NCBI GenBank assembly: GCA_903885085.1
Contig: CAISHH010000154.1
Location: 1,694 to 65,693 of the forward strand
Source of the DNA: an uncultured Campylobacterales bacterium
GTDB lineage: Bacteria > Campylobacterota > Campylobacteria > Campylobacterales > Sulfurimonadaceae
Direction: 5' to 3'
Length of the DNA stretch: 64,000 bases
The position numbers were made by a program, and so were the translations under genes. This document shows, one piece after another, positions 63,597 to 64,000 of this stretch; within the stretch, counting starts at the first letter, position 1; the number at the start of each line of letters is the position of its first letter. The notes below the pieces were generated by a model. The model was not told the DNA's origin and made no database searches. It was given only the letters and a program-made list of their open reading frames with translations.

Positions 63597-64000
63597 TAAG
63601 AGCATTTAGCAGGTATTTGTCATATCTCTTGACAGATGTTTTTCTATTTTTTAAAGTCCATATTTTAGAAGGTTTAAAATTCTAAGATTTTACTGTCAAG
63701 CTATATGAGATATTTTATTACAATGTCCTATTTATAGTAATTTCTCAAACTATATCACCTAAAATTAGGTGCGAAAGCTCAGTTGCCAAATAAAACACTA
63801 AAGTGCTACAAAATCTGGAGTACAACCAGTTGCTTCAATATACTCTTTATAGCGTCCCAAACCAAAAACAATCTGCTTTAGCTTATCCTTTTTGGTGATA
63901 TTTTCAAGCACTTGAAATCTTTGAGGCTGTATGATTTTTTTTATTGCTGACTCGGAGAACGGAACTGCTGAGAAGCGCTTAATGTTCTCTCCATTTTGAA

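Noticed and set aside
63800..64000. 3' end of a minus-strand gene at the window edge
   Set aside because: All three frames are interrupted and no motif was recognised; cannot be supported

Overview
AT-rich (roughly 35% GC by eye) chromosomal window of a Campylobacterota, most likely Sulfurimonas-like (CheV/CheA-CheY hybrid, PglG-like gene, short GroES with an HspR/HAIR operator). Positions 1-58.7 kb are dense core genome: tonB (partial), glnK-amtB, pepP, an Mla/Pqi-type ABC operon, cheW-cheA-cheV, lpxH, argC, greA, tcdA, surE, dnaX, an LsrK-containing sugar/AI-2 module, murI, rho, pgi, a two-component system, a Fur-boxed porin-feoA-feoB operon, three GGDEF-EAL proteins, two MCPs, a DEAD-box helicase, an ABC-F, pta-ackA and groES-groEL. 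From the tRNA-Met(CAT) at 58686 onward there is a tRNA-integrated, probably cryptic phage/satellite-like element (integrase, Xis-like protein, replication initiator with internal iterons) cut by IS4 and IS3-like debris. The most striking unexplained signal is the palindrome (C)TTACATGTAA(G). By manual count it occurs 11 times as a perfect 10-mer (about 0.25 expected) inside unrelated genes, in both open reading frames, with a halo of near-matches. It behaves like a HIP1/DUS-type chromosome-wide signal that I do not recognise as described for this lineage.
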